A stretch of 64,000 nucleotides of DNA. It comes from an uncultured Chlamydiae bacterium (lineage in GTDB: Bacteria; Chlamydiota; Chlamydiia; Chlamydiales; SM23-39). Of the stretch, positions 39,220-49,824 are shown piece after piece. The position numbers and the translations under genes were made by a program. The stretch spans positions 32,001 through 96,000 of the forward strand of contig CAVSSM010000009.1 in NCBI GenBank assembly GCA_963730605.1, in the 5' to 3' direction. Position 1 is the first letter of the stretch. Each line of letters starts with the position of its first letter. The notes under the pieces are model-generated. The model had not been told where the DNA came from and did no database searches. It saw nothing but the letters and a program-made list of their open reading frames with translations.

Positions 39220-40597
39220 GCGGCTTGAGCGGACATTTTTTTAAAAATGGATGAACCTCTCGGCTTAAAAAATTCCGGACTTGATCCGGCGCTCGGCCGA
39301 TAAGAGTTGAGACGGAAAGCAAAGATTTTAATTCTTTTCGGTTTAGATGGAATTCAGGATCGCTTGTAATTTCTTCTACAAGGTCGCCCAGAGATTTTTT
39401 TGAAAGTTTGCGGAGCTTTTCATGGAGGTCTTGCCGGTTGCCCCCTTTTTTCACCGCTTTCATCAAGATATTTTCCATGACGAGTTTAGGAAGCTCATTA
39501 TTTAACCGCTCTAGAGCGACAGCCGGGACCGCTTGCAAATTCTCAAGCAGATAGACGAGCAAGTTCAAAAGCGCGTCCGTCCCTAAAAAAGCTTCCGGGA
39601 TGGAGAGTCGGCGATTCGAAGAGTCGTCCAAAGAGCGCTCCAGCCATTGGGTCGCGGCGGTGTAAGCAGGATTTTGTGCCAGCGAAATGACGAAACGGGC
39701 AAGCCCGCAAATCCGTTCCGAGTAGATGGGGTTTTGCTTATAGGGCATGGCGGAAGAGCCGACTTGCGATTTGGAAGGCGCTTCGCAAAGCTCCCCGTCG
39801 TGCGCAAGAAGTCGGATATCGGTGCCCATTTTATGGGCGCTCGCAGCGAAAGATTCGAAAGCGTTTAAAATGATCAAATCGATTTTGCGGCTGTAGGTTT
39901 GACCTGAAATCGGCAAAATTTTGGAAAATCCAAATTCCTTAGCGATCAATTTCTCCAGTTTATCGACTTTTGCCGCTTTGCCCTCGAAAAGGGCGAGAAA
40001 CGAACTTTGCGTGCCCGTAGCCCCTTTGGCCCCTAGGAAGGGAAGGCTGTCAGAGATCCGCTTCCAATCTTGAGCGTCAAGGAGAAAATCTTGCAGCCAA
40101 AGACAAGCCCTTTTCCCTATGGTCGTTGGCTGTGCGCTTTGAAAATGGGTGTAGCTTAAGGTTGGGGTTTTCCATTCATTTGCAGCAAAACGGGCCAGAA
40201 GCCGCAGGATGTGGACTAGCTTTCCAAAAAGAAGGCCGAGCGCCTCCTTGAATTGGATTAAATCTCCGTTATCAGTGACGTAACAGGAGGTCGCTCCCAA
40301 ATGGATAATCGGTTTCGCATCGGGGCACTGCTCTCCGAAGGCATGGATATGAGCCATGACGTCGTGTCGAAATTGCTTTTCGTAGGCGGCGGCTTTTTTG
40401 AAATCGATCTTTTCCTGATGCTTTTCCATCTGCGCGATTTGTTCTTTAGATATGGGAAGCCCAAGCTGCCGCTCTGCCTTGGCGAGCGAGATCCAGAGCC
40501 GTCTAAAAGTAATGATTTTATATTTGGCTGAAAAGAGATAGGACATCTCTTCGCTTGCGTAGCGAGAGGTGAAAGGGCTTATATAAACATCGTTCAC
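39194..40597 (-). CDS. purB: Adenylosuccinate lyase
   Basis: RHDVMAH, GATSCYVTDN, GSSAMPYKQNP. Confidence 0.95.
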   Translation of the reverse strand: MNDVYISPFTSRYASEEMSYLFSAKYKIITFRRLWISLAKAERQLGLPISKEQIAQMEKHQEKIDFKKAAAYEKQFRHDVMAHIHAFGEQCPDAKPIIHLGATSCYVTDNGDLIQFKEALGLLFGKLVHILRLLARFAANEWKTPTLSYTHFQSAQPTTIGKRACLWLQDFLLDAQDWKRISDSLPFLGAKGATGTQSSFLALFEGKAAKVDKLEKLIAKEFGFSKILPISGQTYSRKIDLIILNAFESFAASAHKMGTDIRLLAHDGELCEAPSKSQVGSSAMPYKQNPIYSERICGLARFVISLAQNPAYTAATQWLERSLDDSSNRRLSIPEAFLGTDALLNLLVYLLENLQAVPAVALERLNNELPKLVMENILMKAVKKGGNRQDLHEKLRKLSKKSLGDLVEEITSDPEFHLNRKELKSLLSVSTLIGRAPDQVRNFLSREVHPFLKKCPLKPPKLPSVEV

Positions 40598-41340
40598 TGG
40601 TCGATCAATTGCTGGAGTTGGGCGAGAAGCTGGCGGATTTTTTGCAACTCATCCCCCTGTATTTTACAAAGGGGGTTTTTGAGGGTTTCTCGGGCCCTTT
40701 TTAAAAAATTGATCGCGTGGTTGGGAAGGGAGGGAAGCCGCTTGTCATCTTCCCCAAGCGGAAACTCGAGCCGGATCAGCTTGAGCAGTTCTTGTTTGGC
40801 CTGTCCAGAATAGCTTTTAACAATGTCAATTTTTCGCTCTATGGGTCCGCTTCGGCTGGCGAGGCTGTAGACAGCTTGCCTGGGCATTTGGTCGATGAGA
40901 GGGTGCACCGAAGGAGGGAGCGTCATATAGAATTCGTAGTATTGAAGAAAGTTATAGGGAGTTTGGCGGTTGCCGTAAGTGGCATAGAGCCATGCTGTGA
41001 AAGCGCCATCGCGGTATTTTTTCAAGATTTCTTGCGCTCTTTTGATTCGCTCGCCGTGGAGAATAACGGCCTGATTGGTGATCGCTTTCACTTCCGAAGT
41101 GATGGCCGAAAGCGCTTCAAGATCGGCATCGATATTATGAAGATCGTTTGGCCGAAGATGTTTGAGGAGTGCAACGATTGCGCTTTTCTCTTTTTCATTT
41201 AACGCAGCGATTCGAAAAACTCCAGAAAAACTGGATAGATCTCCATTGTTCGCTTTTTCTACTAGAGCGGTTACTTTGTTGAGGGCTTCATTTTTTTGCT
41301 TGAATCGCAAATTGAGCAGATCATTGAATTTCGACATCAT
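40594..41340 (-). CDS. pGP6-D/CT583-family protein
   Basis: ILHGERIKRAQEILK, YGNRQTPYNFLQYYE, MPRQAVYSLASR; directly after parA. Confidence 0.88.
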   Translation of the reverse strand: MMSKFNDLLNLRFKQKNEALNKVTALVEKANNGDLSSFSGVFRIAALNEKEKSAIVALLKHLRPNDLHNIDADLEALSAITSEVKAITNQAVILHGERIKRAQEILKKYRDGAFTAWLYATYGNRQTPYNFLQYYEFYMTLPPSVHPLIDQMPRQAVYSLASRSGPIERKIDIVKSYSGQAKQELLKLIRLEFPLGEDDKRLPSLPNHAINFLKRARETLKNPLCKIQGDELQKIRQLLAQLQQLIDQ

Positions 41341-42094
41341 CAAGTCCTCGTTAGAATTTCTGATGTGAGCGCCATATAGTCGACCGAGGCTCAGCATTGG
41401 GCGATGTCTCAAAAATGGGTTTCCCGTAAATGGTTGCCTCAGATACTGCGATATCGCGTCTGATTTTTGCTTGCAAGAGTTTTCCAGGGAACGTCTGTTC
41501 GATGACTTTCAAAAATGCATCGTTGCTTTTGCCGCGCGGATTCCAAAACGAAAGAGCAACGCCTAGAACTTTCGTGCCATGCCTTTCAGAGATGTTGTTG
41601 ATAAAAAGAGAGAGTCGCTGCAGCCCTTTTACACTGTAGAATTCAGGAGTTGCGCAAACGAGCGAATAGTGGGAGGCGATGAGAGAGGATTCGGTCAGCC
41701 AGCAAAGAGATGGCGGTGTATCGATGAGAATAAAATCATAAGTGCAGATCGCGTAAAATTTCTTTAAGCCGCTCATGGGAATAGCGATCTGCGGCAAGCG
41801 ACGCCAGAAACTTCGACCCGTTCAAGCCAAGTATCTGCGGGCATGATGTGCATATTGGGAATGCAGGTTGTCAAAATGACTTCTTGCAGTGTTTTTTCTC
41901 CCTGCAGAACGGGAGCAATGCTGTCTTGTTCATCTGGATCGAACCCAAGCCCTGTCGTTAAATTGGCTTGGGCGTCGAAATCGATCAGTAGAACTCGCTT
42001 TTTGTGAAACTTGCAAAGTGCGGCGCCAAGATGAAGCGATAGTGGATGTTTTCGCGGTTCCGCCTTTGAAACTGCTGACGGAAATAATCGTCAT
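41340..42094 (-). CDS. parA: ParA/pGP5-D-like ATPase, frameshifted in this assembly
   Basis: FKGGTAKTST, LLIDFDAQANLT and IDTPPSLCWLT recovered across different frames. Confidence 0.85.
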
Positions 42095-42105
42095 AATTGG
42101 GTCTC

Positions 42106-44041
42106 CTATAGGTGGCTACGGAAAATGGTGACATCAATGCTCTTGTCGTCTCGTTCATTTACGACTTTAGCAAGAAAATCGGAAATGTCAACTTCGCCAT
42201 GCACGACATTGTCTCGCGTCCGAAGAGCGACTGTCTTATTTTCCACTTCTTTATCGCCGACTGTGAGCATATAATTTGACTTTAAGAAGTTGCGCATTGC
42301 GCACTTTTTTGCCCAACAGATTCATTGGAATCGTCGATTGTCGCAAACGATCCCGAGTTTGCGAATTTTTTGCGCCAGATTTCTTGTGCAAAAGGGATGT
42401 GCCGGTCAGCGACGGTGAGAATACGAACTTGATAGGGACTTAGCCAGAAAGGAAATTTTCCCGCGAAATGTTCGACGAGAATGCCGAAAAAGCGCTCGAT
42501 CGATCCGAAAATGGCTCGGTGTAGCATCACAGGTCGTTTATGCTGACCGTCGTTGTCGACATATTCAAGCTCAAATTTTTGCGGCAGCGCCATGTCGAGC
42601 TGGACCGTCCCGCATTGCCAGTGTCTCCCTAGAGCATCGCGGATATGGATATCGATTTTGGGGCCATAAAAAGCTCCGTCTCCTTCATTGATTCGATAGG
42701 AATGGCCCCACTCATCCAGAGCTCCTCTTAAGGCCGTTTGTCGCAATTTCCCACTCTTCATCGGTCCCAATCGTTTTCGATTTCTCGGGGCGAGTCGAAA
42801 GCTCGAGACGATAGGAAAGTCCAAAGGTCATATAGATTTTATCTGCAAACTCTAAGATATGCTGGATTTCATCTTCGGATTTGATCGGAGCGCATAAAGA
42901 GATGTGCATCGTCTTGGTGGAAACTTCGAACGCGGAAAAGGCCATTTAAAGCGCCGGAGGCTTCAAAGCGGTGGACATGTCCAATTTCTGCGACACGCGA
43001 GGGCAGTTCTCGATAGCTATGAGTCGTGGCTTTGTAGAAGAGCATGCATCCCGGGCAATTCATCGGCTTGATCGCAAAATCGCGCTCTTCGATGCTGGAG
43101 GGTACATATTTTCTCGATAGTGGAACCAATGGCCCGACCGTTCCCAAAGCTCTTTGCTCATCATCATGGGAGTTTTGATTTCGACGTAATTCGCTCTCGC
43201 TGCATCTCGCGCTAAGAAATCCAGGAGCCGGTTCCAGATGATGAGGCCATGCGGATGGATGAAAGGCATGCCGGGCGCTTCTTCTTTAAAGGAAAAAAGA
43301 TCGAGAGCGGCTCCAAGGAGTTTTATGGTCCCGTTTTTTTGCCTCTTCGAGCAATTGGAGATATTCTTTCAGCCGTTTTTTATCGGGAAAAGAGATCGCA
43401 TAAATGCGCGTCAGCATCTCCCGTGTTGAATCGCCCCGCCAATAAGCGCCAGAGGTTTTCAGGACTTTGAACGCTTTGATCTTACTTAAGGAGCCATGTG
43501 GGGACCTCGGCATAAGATCAAAGAACTCTCCTTGCTTGTAGGCGGAAATTGGCTCTTCTTCAAAGCTATCGATCAATTCGCATTTAAAAGGATTTTTGGA
43601 AAACGCATCTCTGCGCTTCTTCTTATTTTTGCAAATTCCATCCGTTTGGTTTTGAAATTTTCGGACAAGAACGGCTTCCACTTCCTTTTCGATTTTCTCA
43701 AAATCTTGATCGGAGATCGTCAGATTGCCGAAGTCGTAGTAGAACCCATTTTCGATGGGGGGGCCAATCGTGGGTTGGGCATTTGGCCAAAGACGCAAGA
43801 TGGCTTGGGCTAAGACGTGTGCAGAGGTATGCCAGAAGACTTCTTTGCCTTCCGGGTCGTCGAAATTCAAAAATACCACCTCGTCTTCGTCTTTTAACGG
43901 TGTATCGAAATCGCGAGGGTTTCCATTTATGGTGACAGAGACGGCTTGTTCAGGCGATGTGAGATGAAGTATTTCTGCCGCCTCTTTCGGGGTGCTCCCC
44001 TCAGGAAGTTCGATCAGCTTGCCTTTGAATCTGATGTGCAT
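42106..44041 (-). CDS. thrS: Threonyl-tRNA synthetase, multiply frameshifted in this assembly
   Basis: [35 protein letters not shown] and [11 protein letters not shown] in six or more ORF fragments. Confidence 0.93.
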
Positions 44042-44091
44042 AAGTCCTCTGGAAATGCGGACTGCCCATTTTACAAGATCGACCAAATAGA

Positions 44092-44108
44092 TGTAAAACC
44101 GCTTTACA
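44092..44108. repeat. 17-bp palindrome TGTAAAACCGCTTTACA (parS-like, copy 4)
   Basis: Reverse complement of copies 3 and 5; in the divergent spacer upstream of thrS-parA. Confidence 0.85.
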
Positions 44109-44140
44109 TGATTGGCTTCAACTAAATATTTACTGTAACT

Positions 44141-46797
44141 ATGGATTGGCAGAAGTTCGAGACGGAGTTTCTCGAAGCGCTACGCACGGTACGCGCTGGA
44201 TCCCTCGCAGATTGGCTTGAGCTCAATTTCGAGGCCCAAATTTCCTTTTTTCTGGAGCTGTCTTCGCTCCAAGACGTCTTCCGTTTTCGTGCTCGCCATT
44301 TTGGCCGGAAGATCGCCTCCTCGCTCATCGACGAAAAAGGGGATCTGCAACAAGACATTCTAGGGTCATGGATCAAGCAGCTCGAGAGAGGAGTCTATGC
44401 CCTGGGACCGAAGAGGGAGGGCGATCCCTTAATATACGCTCATTTGCTCGACTGTTTGAAAGCCTTGAAAGAAGAAAAAGAAGTTTGGAATTGGATTCGG
44501 AAATTCTCCCCGCCCTTAGCGAATCGAAGAGCTGAGGAAATCATCCGGGAGACCCTCTGGCCTGAATTGATCAAGACCCTTCAAGCTTACCACATTCGCC
44601 GAGCGGTCCTGGCCGCTTGGCTGACCTTGCTCAGGCAGACAGTAGGATCTTGTTTTGCCACCGCGCCAGCCATCCTAATTCAAAAAAAACCCATCCAGTT
44701 TTTTAAGGATCTCTATGAGCTTCTCAGCATGGGTCAAATGAAAAGGGTTCTTTTGGGGAGAGAATACGCAGTGCCTATGTGTCCATCTATCGGCAAAGGG
44801 GATCTCGGCAGACGGATTAACTCCGTAGACCAGCTTGCATTTTCTCCGGGGCTGATTGCAGGCCTTTCGGCCGCTCATTTGCTCCCCTCGGAAGAAACGC
44901 TTGCTCAAAAAGCGAAAAAGCTCCAGGGCGCTCTTCAAGATCTGGAAGCGATGAGTACCCCCGAACAGATTCTTCGCGATCTCAGTTTGAAAGCTGCCGG
45001 ACTCAGAGAGGTCGATGTGGCAGATGAAGAATATCTGGCCAAAATCCAAATGGGCCCGAGAATCGCAAGAGAAGGGGCTGTTTTTTACCAGCCGCCATCC
45101 CCTAGGGCTCAAAAAGTAGCGGATTGGAAAAAGAGGTTCAACGCGGCAAGGCTGGCTTTCCAGGCCTTGACGGAGTGTTCTTTGCTGCGGGTTTGGGAGT
45201 ATACGGTGGCCTCTTTTTGCGATGTAAAAACCGATTTCGCGAAGTGGAATCTCTATGTCAGTTTGGGGATGCACGCTGAACAAAAAGGAGGAATCGCCGA
45301 TTTCCTCTATCGGACAATCGATCGGAAGCTCCGGGAAGCAAATGCTGAAATCCAGAGGCTGCAGACCCTTTATGAACAAGCTGTCTTCGCAGTTCGTTCT
45401 TTGGAGGCTCTCTTGCATCGGGCCATGGATGCTCAAAGGTATGAACTGCAGGGACAAATGAGTCGAGCCGTCCATGAAATGCAATCGGCCCTGAATGAAC
45501 GCGACCGAACCGTCCGTTTGGCCGAGGGAATCGCCGGCTCTTTCATGGCATTGATGCAGCATTTTGACAGGAAATTACAGGAATATTTTCAGGAAGTTTT
45601 CGATCCGACTGTTGCTGAAAAAGAGGAGGAGATCTTTGAGGACAGCCCTGCGGGATTTCGCCTGCTTTATAAGCACGGGAGGGCGGATGCTTCAACTTGG
45701 GAGCTCATTTACGATGAAAAAACCTATATCCAGTCGCTTCGCTCCTTTTTTGCCGCTGCAGAAGGCGAAGTGGAAATGCCTCCAGGCCTAGCAAAAGAGT
45801 TCGTTTCTACCATAACTACGGAACTGATCCAGTTTATCCAGGAGACCGAATTTTTAGACGAGGCAAAGAAAAGGTCTCGATCAGCCGGCAGGAAAACGCC
45901 GTGGGATTACGTCTCGGGGGGAACCATGCAGACCCTGCTCCAGGCATATTACAGCCGAAGCGATCCATTGACTGAACTTGCCATCACGCCCCGGAGCCCC
46001 ATGGAACTTCTCCGGTTTTTGAGCAAAGAGAAAAAAAAGCAAATCTTTTGATCCATTCTCCAACACATGCCTTTGTTCTTCGCCTCGATCTTTTGCCAGA
46101 ACTTGCGGAAAGCAAAGCCGAAGAAAATGCCGTCGCGGCAAGAAAGTGGAAATGCAGTGAAGAAATCCAAGAATATATCGTCCACAGCTTGAGCGAAAAA
46201 CTGCCGGTTTCGCAAAAAGCTCTGTTTCTCCACTTATTCCGGCAGAAAAGCGAGGCCCAAACACCCCTCCAATTGCGCCAGTATCTCCTGGACGCATTAG
46301 AAACAGTTCGCGGAAGACCCGATAGTTCGGGGCTGGTTGATTCTCATCTTTTTGAGCAGGTATTCCTGCTCTCTGGCCATCAAATTCAAGACGCGTTAAC
46401 CGACATACTCAAATCGGCGCAAAGCAAAAACATCTCGCAAGCTATTTCAAATGTAAGAAGTCCTTTCATGGGCGCATTCGAACTTCATCAAACAGCAAAA
46501 TCGATTTTGCTAAATGTTATGCATACGCCCTATACAGCGGTTGATTGGGATGAAGTGATCGCCTCGCAAATCCGTCGTCTCGGATTTAGCTATCCCCACC
46601 TCCTACTATTTGCCGACACCAATTGGTCAGGATGGTTTTTTGGATTTGTGGCGAATCCATTTACCGGCCAGACGGAACTCTGGCGGTTGAATCGGGTAGG
46701 AACGCAGGGGGTTCCAATGAATGATTGGAAACAGTGGCTTGAGCCCGAGAGCAAGGCTCCTTGGGTCCTTTTGTCTCGACAAGAAGAATACAACTAA
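44141..46797 (+). CDS. Large conserved chlamydial protein (CT590-like), split by a frameshift at the A8 run 46031-46038
   Basis: LRQTVGSCFATA motif; ORFs 44141-46051 and 46048-46797 join if one A is added. Confidence 0.7.
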
Positions 46798-46854
46798 TTC
46801 TTTCCATTAACGCGAGGTTATGGTATCTCTTCCTAGGACGATTTCAAAATATTC

Positions 46855-47649
46855 ATGCTAAAGAAGCTCTCTCTAGCTTTGCTATCTCTTATGTCAGTCG
46901 CTGTTTTGCATGCGGTGCCTGTTGGAAACCCGATGGCGCCTCAATTGATTCAGGAGGGCTACCTGATTCCTTGCGACTCATGGGTGGATTTCCGAGCAGG
47001 TTACGAAGGAGATTTTGTCGGAGACGGTAGGCTTAGGCAAACAACAGAAGGGTCGGGACGAGTCGATACCTTTCAGCAATACACAAATTCTGGCACTTTT
47101 ACCCTGAATATCCTTGACCGGCTCGATTTGTACGGGGTATTTGGCTCTTCAAGGGTTTGCTCGGATTGGCGTTTCAGCTCTGCCGGGACGATCACCCGTA
47201 TCCAACTTGAGACTCTTTATCACTTTTTTTGGGGCGCCGGGGCACGAGGGATATTTTTCGAGTGGGGCAAAATCTGCCTCGGGTTGGGAGGCCGGTATTC
47301 CTTTTGCAGCTACAAGCCCTCTTGGCTCGCGACGAACGCACTACCCGTAAGCGTAGCTGGAACCCGCTTGACTTGGCGGGAATGGCAAATAGATTTAGAT
47401 ATCGCTTATAATATCGATTTATTCACTCCCTATTTGGGCCTAAAATATTCCAACGTTAGGGCGACCCTTGGGACCTTTCCTATCCCCATTTCAAACAGCG
47501 GAACAGGAAGAGACGAGTTCGAAAACAGAACGCCTGTAGGCGTCTTTATCGGCTGCTCAATCTCGAACTGCAAATATTTTATGCTGAATATCGAGGGCCG
47601 TCTCGTTGATGAAGATGCAGTCACGATTTCGGGCGATTTGAGATTTTAA
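46855..47649 (+). CDS. Chlamydial MOMP(OmpA)-like porin paralog
   Basis: Signal peptide + VPVGNPMAP, EWQ, FTPYLG; C-terminal LRF. Confidence 0.8.
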   Translation: MLKKLSLALLSLMSVAVLHAVPVGNPMAPQLIQEGYLIPCDSWVDFRAGYEGDFVGDGRLRQTTEGSGRVDTFQQYTNSGTFTLNILDRLDLYGVFGSSRVCSDWRFSSAGTITRIQLETLYHFFWGAGARGIFFEWGKICLGLGGRYSFCSYKPSWLATNALPVSVAGTRLTWREWQIDLDIAYNIDLFTPYLGLKYSNVRATLGTFPIPISNSGTGRDEFENRTPVGVFIGCSISNCKYFMLNIEGRLVDEDAVTISGDLRF

Positions 47650-48420
47650 TTGAAGCTCAAGCTTATCTATGTACTGCCCGCTCTTTTAAGCATTTTGTCC
47701 GTTAACGCCGTTCCTATCGGAAACCCTTCGGCTCCCTCTCTCCTTGAGCAAGGATTTTTCATTCCCGATACGAGTTGGACGAATTTTCAATGGGGAGTTT
47801 TAGGCGATTGGCTCGCTCAACAGAGATTTCGCTCGCGGACATCCAGCCAAAGCTTTGGCTTGCATAAAGCTGAGTTGTGGGGAGAGTCTCAATTAGGGAA
47901 TATCACTTGGAATATTGCTGAACGATTGAACATCCAAATCGAAATGGGATCGGGACGTTTTTATTGGCAATGGAAACAGTCTGGGAGCACGGCGATTCTC
48001 GGGCGTCTCTCAGGAGGGACAATCTGGAATGGGAGCGCAAAGCTCGTCATTTTCGAAATCAAAGACACAACGCTTGCCGCCGATGTGCACGCAGGCGGAT
48101 GGGATTGGATGAAAGGCCATGCAACGTCCAATGGGATCCCTTTAAAGGAAGGCGTCCATTCTGAAATGAGATATTGGCAAGTAGCTGCAGCGCTTTCCAT
48201 GAAATTCTATCTCTTCATGCCTTATATAGGCGTGGGAGCAAATCGCACAAGGCTAAAAATCAGCAAGTTAGAAACTGGGGATGGGTGGCTCCGATCGCGG
48301 CATACTCTCGGGCCATTTTTAGGTTGCACGCTTTCTGAAGGAACCGATATTGCATTGAATGTCGAGTGGAGAGGGGGGTTTGAGCAAGGGGCGGCTATTT
48401 CAGGCCAAATTCGATTCTAG
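47650..48420 (+). CDS. Chlamydial MOMP(OmpA)-like porin paralog
   Basis: VPIGNPSAPSLL, YWQ, MPYIGV; C-terminal GQIRF. Confidence 0.78.
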   Translation: MKLKLIYVLPALLSILSVNAVPIGNPSAPSLLEQGFFIPDTSWTNFQWGVLGDWLAQQRFRSRTSSQSFGLHKAELWGESQLGNITWNIAERLNIQIEMGSGRFYWQWKQSGSTAILGRLSGGTIWNGSAKLVIFEIKDTTLAADVHAGGWDWMKGHATSNGIPLKEGVHSEMRYWQVAAALSMKFYLFMPYIGVGANRTRLKISKLETGDGWLRSRHTLGPFLGCTLSEGTDIALNVEWRGGFEQGAAISGQIRF

Positions 48421-48495
48421 GATGTATTGAGATGAGTTCGTTTTTGCTTTTAATATCGGGATCCGTTACAATTTAGACCTTTGTATAAGGTTTTT

Positions 48496-49821
48496 ATGTC
48501 GAAAGTTGCCAAGATTTTCTCTTCCGCTCTCTGCTTAGGTCTTTTCGCGGCTGGCTCTCTTTTTGCTCAGAGCGCCGATGTTCAGTTTGATAATAAAACC
48601 GATCCAGATAGCAAGGATATGGATGCCTTGCAAAGATGGCTTCGCGATAAACGATTTGTCACAATGAAGGAAATCGGCGGCGACCTTGCTCTCAGCGGAG
48701 AGGTCCGCACGGAATTTCAGGCGGTCAATGAGCGAACCAATGGCGTCCAGCAGCGCGACAACCCCAATCTCTTCCCCAATCTCCCGAAACCGAAGCCGAT
48801 GTACGCATGGGATATTGAGGTGAACCTCATGATCGATTACCGAACGGATCGAACCTGGGCCGCAATCAAACTGGAATTTGACAACGACATGGGGATACGC
48901 AGCGGAACGACGACCAGGATCAGATTAGAAAAAGCCTATCTTGGAGGAAGAATTCTCCCCGGAGATACATTGATTATCGATGGCGAGATCGGCCGTAGGA
49001 ATTTGTTCAACGTTTTTGATTCAAAGGTGGAGTTTTCGTCTCTTTTCGACGGGGCTCTCGTTCGTTTCAATAAGGCTTTCGATTTTTTGGGGGATTATTA
49101 TTTCAACGCAGGCGCATTCCTTGTCGACGATATCACCAACCATTACGGTTATGTCGGAGAGATGGGCGCCTTAGGGATAGCAAATACGGGGATGAACCTC
49201 AAATATTCGATCATCAACTGGTATCGTCCAGGCGGAGAAAATGAAGAAGGAAACACAGCCCTTGAAACGGCTTTGATCAACCAACGGTACCGATTTTTGG
49301 TTTCCCAGCTTCTTGCTTACTATCAATTTTATCCGCAATGGATTGGGAAGAGACTCATCAAATTTTATGCCGCAGGGGTGATGAACCACTTTGCAATAGA
49401 TTCAAAATTCGTGGGTTCAACCCAAATCATCCCGACCGGCGGCGAAAAAGCCGATATTGCATGGTACACCGGCGTTTCGATTGGCGTAGTGAAAAAGCAG
49501 GGTGACTGGGCTATCGATGCCAATTATCAATGGGTTCAGGCTCAAGCCTATCCTGATTTCGACAACCTGGGCATTGGGAGAGGCAATGCAGCCGGCATTG
49601 GCTTGTACACTTTAAACGCGGACGGCGCTGGCGGGGCCACGACGCAGAAAACCGCTGGGGGCAACACAAACTTCAAAGGTTTTGAAATCGAAGGCCTTTA
49701 TGCGATTACGAATAACTTAGTTGTCCAGCAGAATTTTAAGTATTCAAATACTCTGAATAAGAGCATTGGCCCGAACGAGAAATATCGGCAGTACGAAATC
49801 GAATTCATCTACGCCTTCTAA
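48496..49821 (+). CDS. Outer membrane beta-barrel protein (CT623-like)
   Basis: Signal peptide; LSGEVRTEF, YQWVQAQA, GIGRGN, NFKGF; C-terminal IYAF. Confidence 0.7.
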   Translation: MSKVAKIFSSALCLGLFAAGSLFAQSADVQFDNKTDPDSKDMDALQRWLRDKRFVTMKEIGGDLALSGEVRTEFQAVNERTNGVQQRDNPNLFPNLPKPKPMYAWDIEVNLMIDYRTDRTWAAIKLEFDNDMGIRSGTTTRIRLEKAYLGGRILPGDTLIIDGEIGRRNLFNVFDSKVEFSSLFDGALVRFNKAFDFLGDYYFNAGAFLVDDITNHYGYVGEMGALGIANTGMNLKYSIINWYRPGGENEEGNTALETALINQRYRFLVSQLLAYYQFYPQWIGKRLIKFYAAGVMNHFAIDSKFVGSTQIIPTGGEKADIAWYTGVSIGVVKKQGDWAIDANYQWVQAQAYPDFDNLGIGRGNAAGIGLYTLNADGAGGATTQKTAGGNTNFKGFEIEGLYAITNNLVVQQNFKYSNTLNKSIGPNEKYRQYEIEFIYAF

Positions 49822-49824
49822 TCG

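Noticed and set aside
42106..44041. thrS as a genuine pseudogene or programmed-frameshift gene
   Set aside because: Essential gene; too many scattered indels without substitution decay; also affects adjacent parA, so most likely consensus error
44042..44140. T-box riboswitch upstream of thrS
   Set aside because: Spacer under 100 nt and no T-box motif
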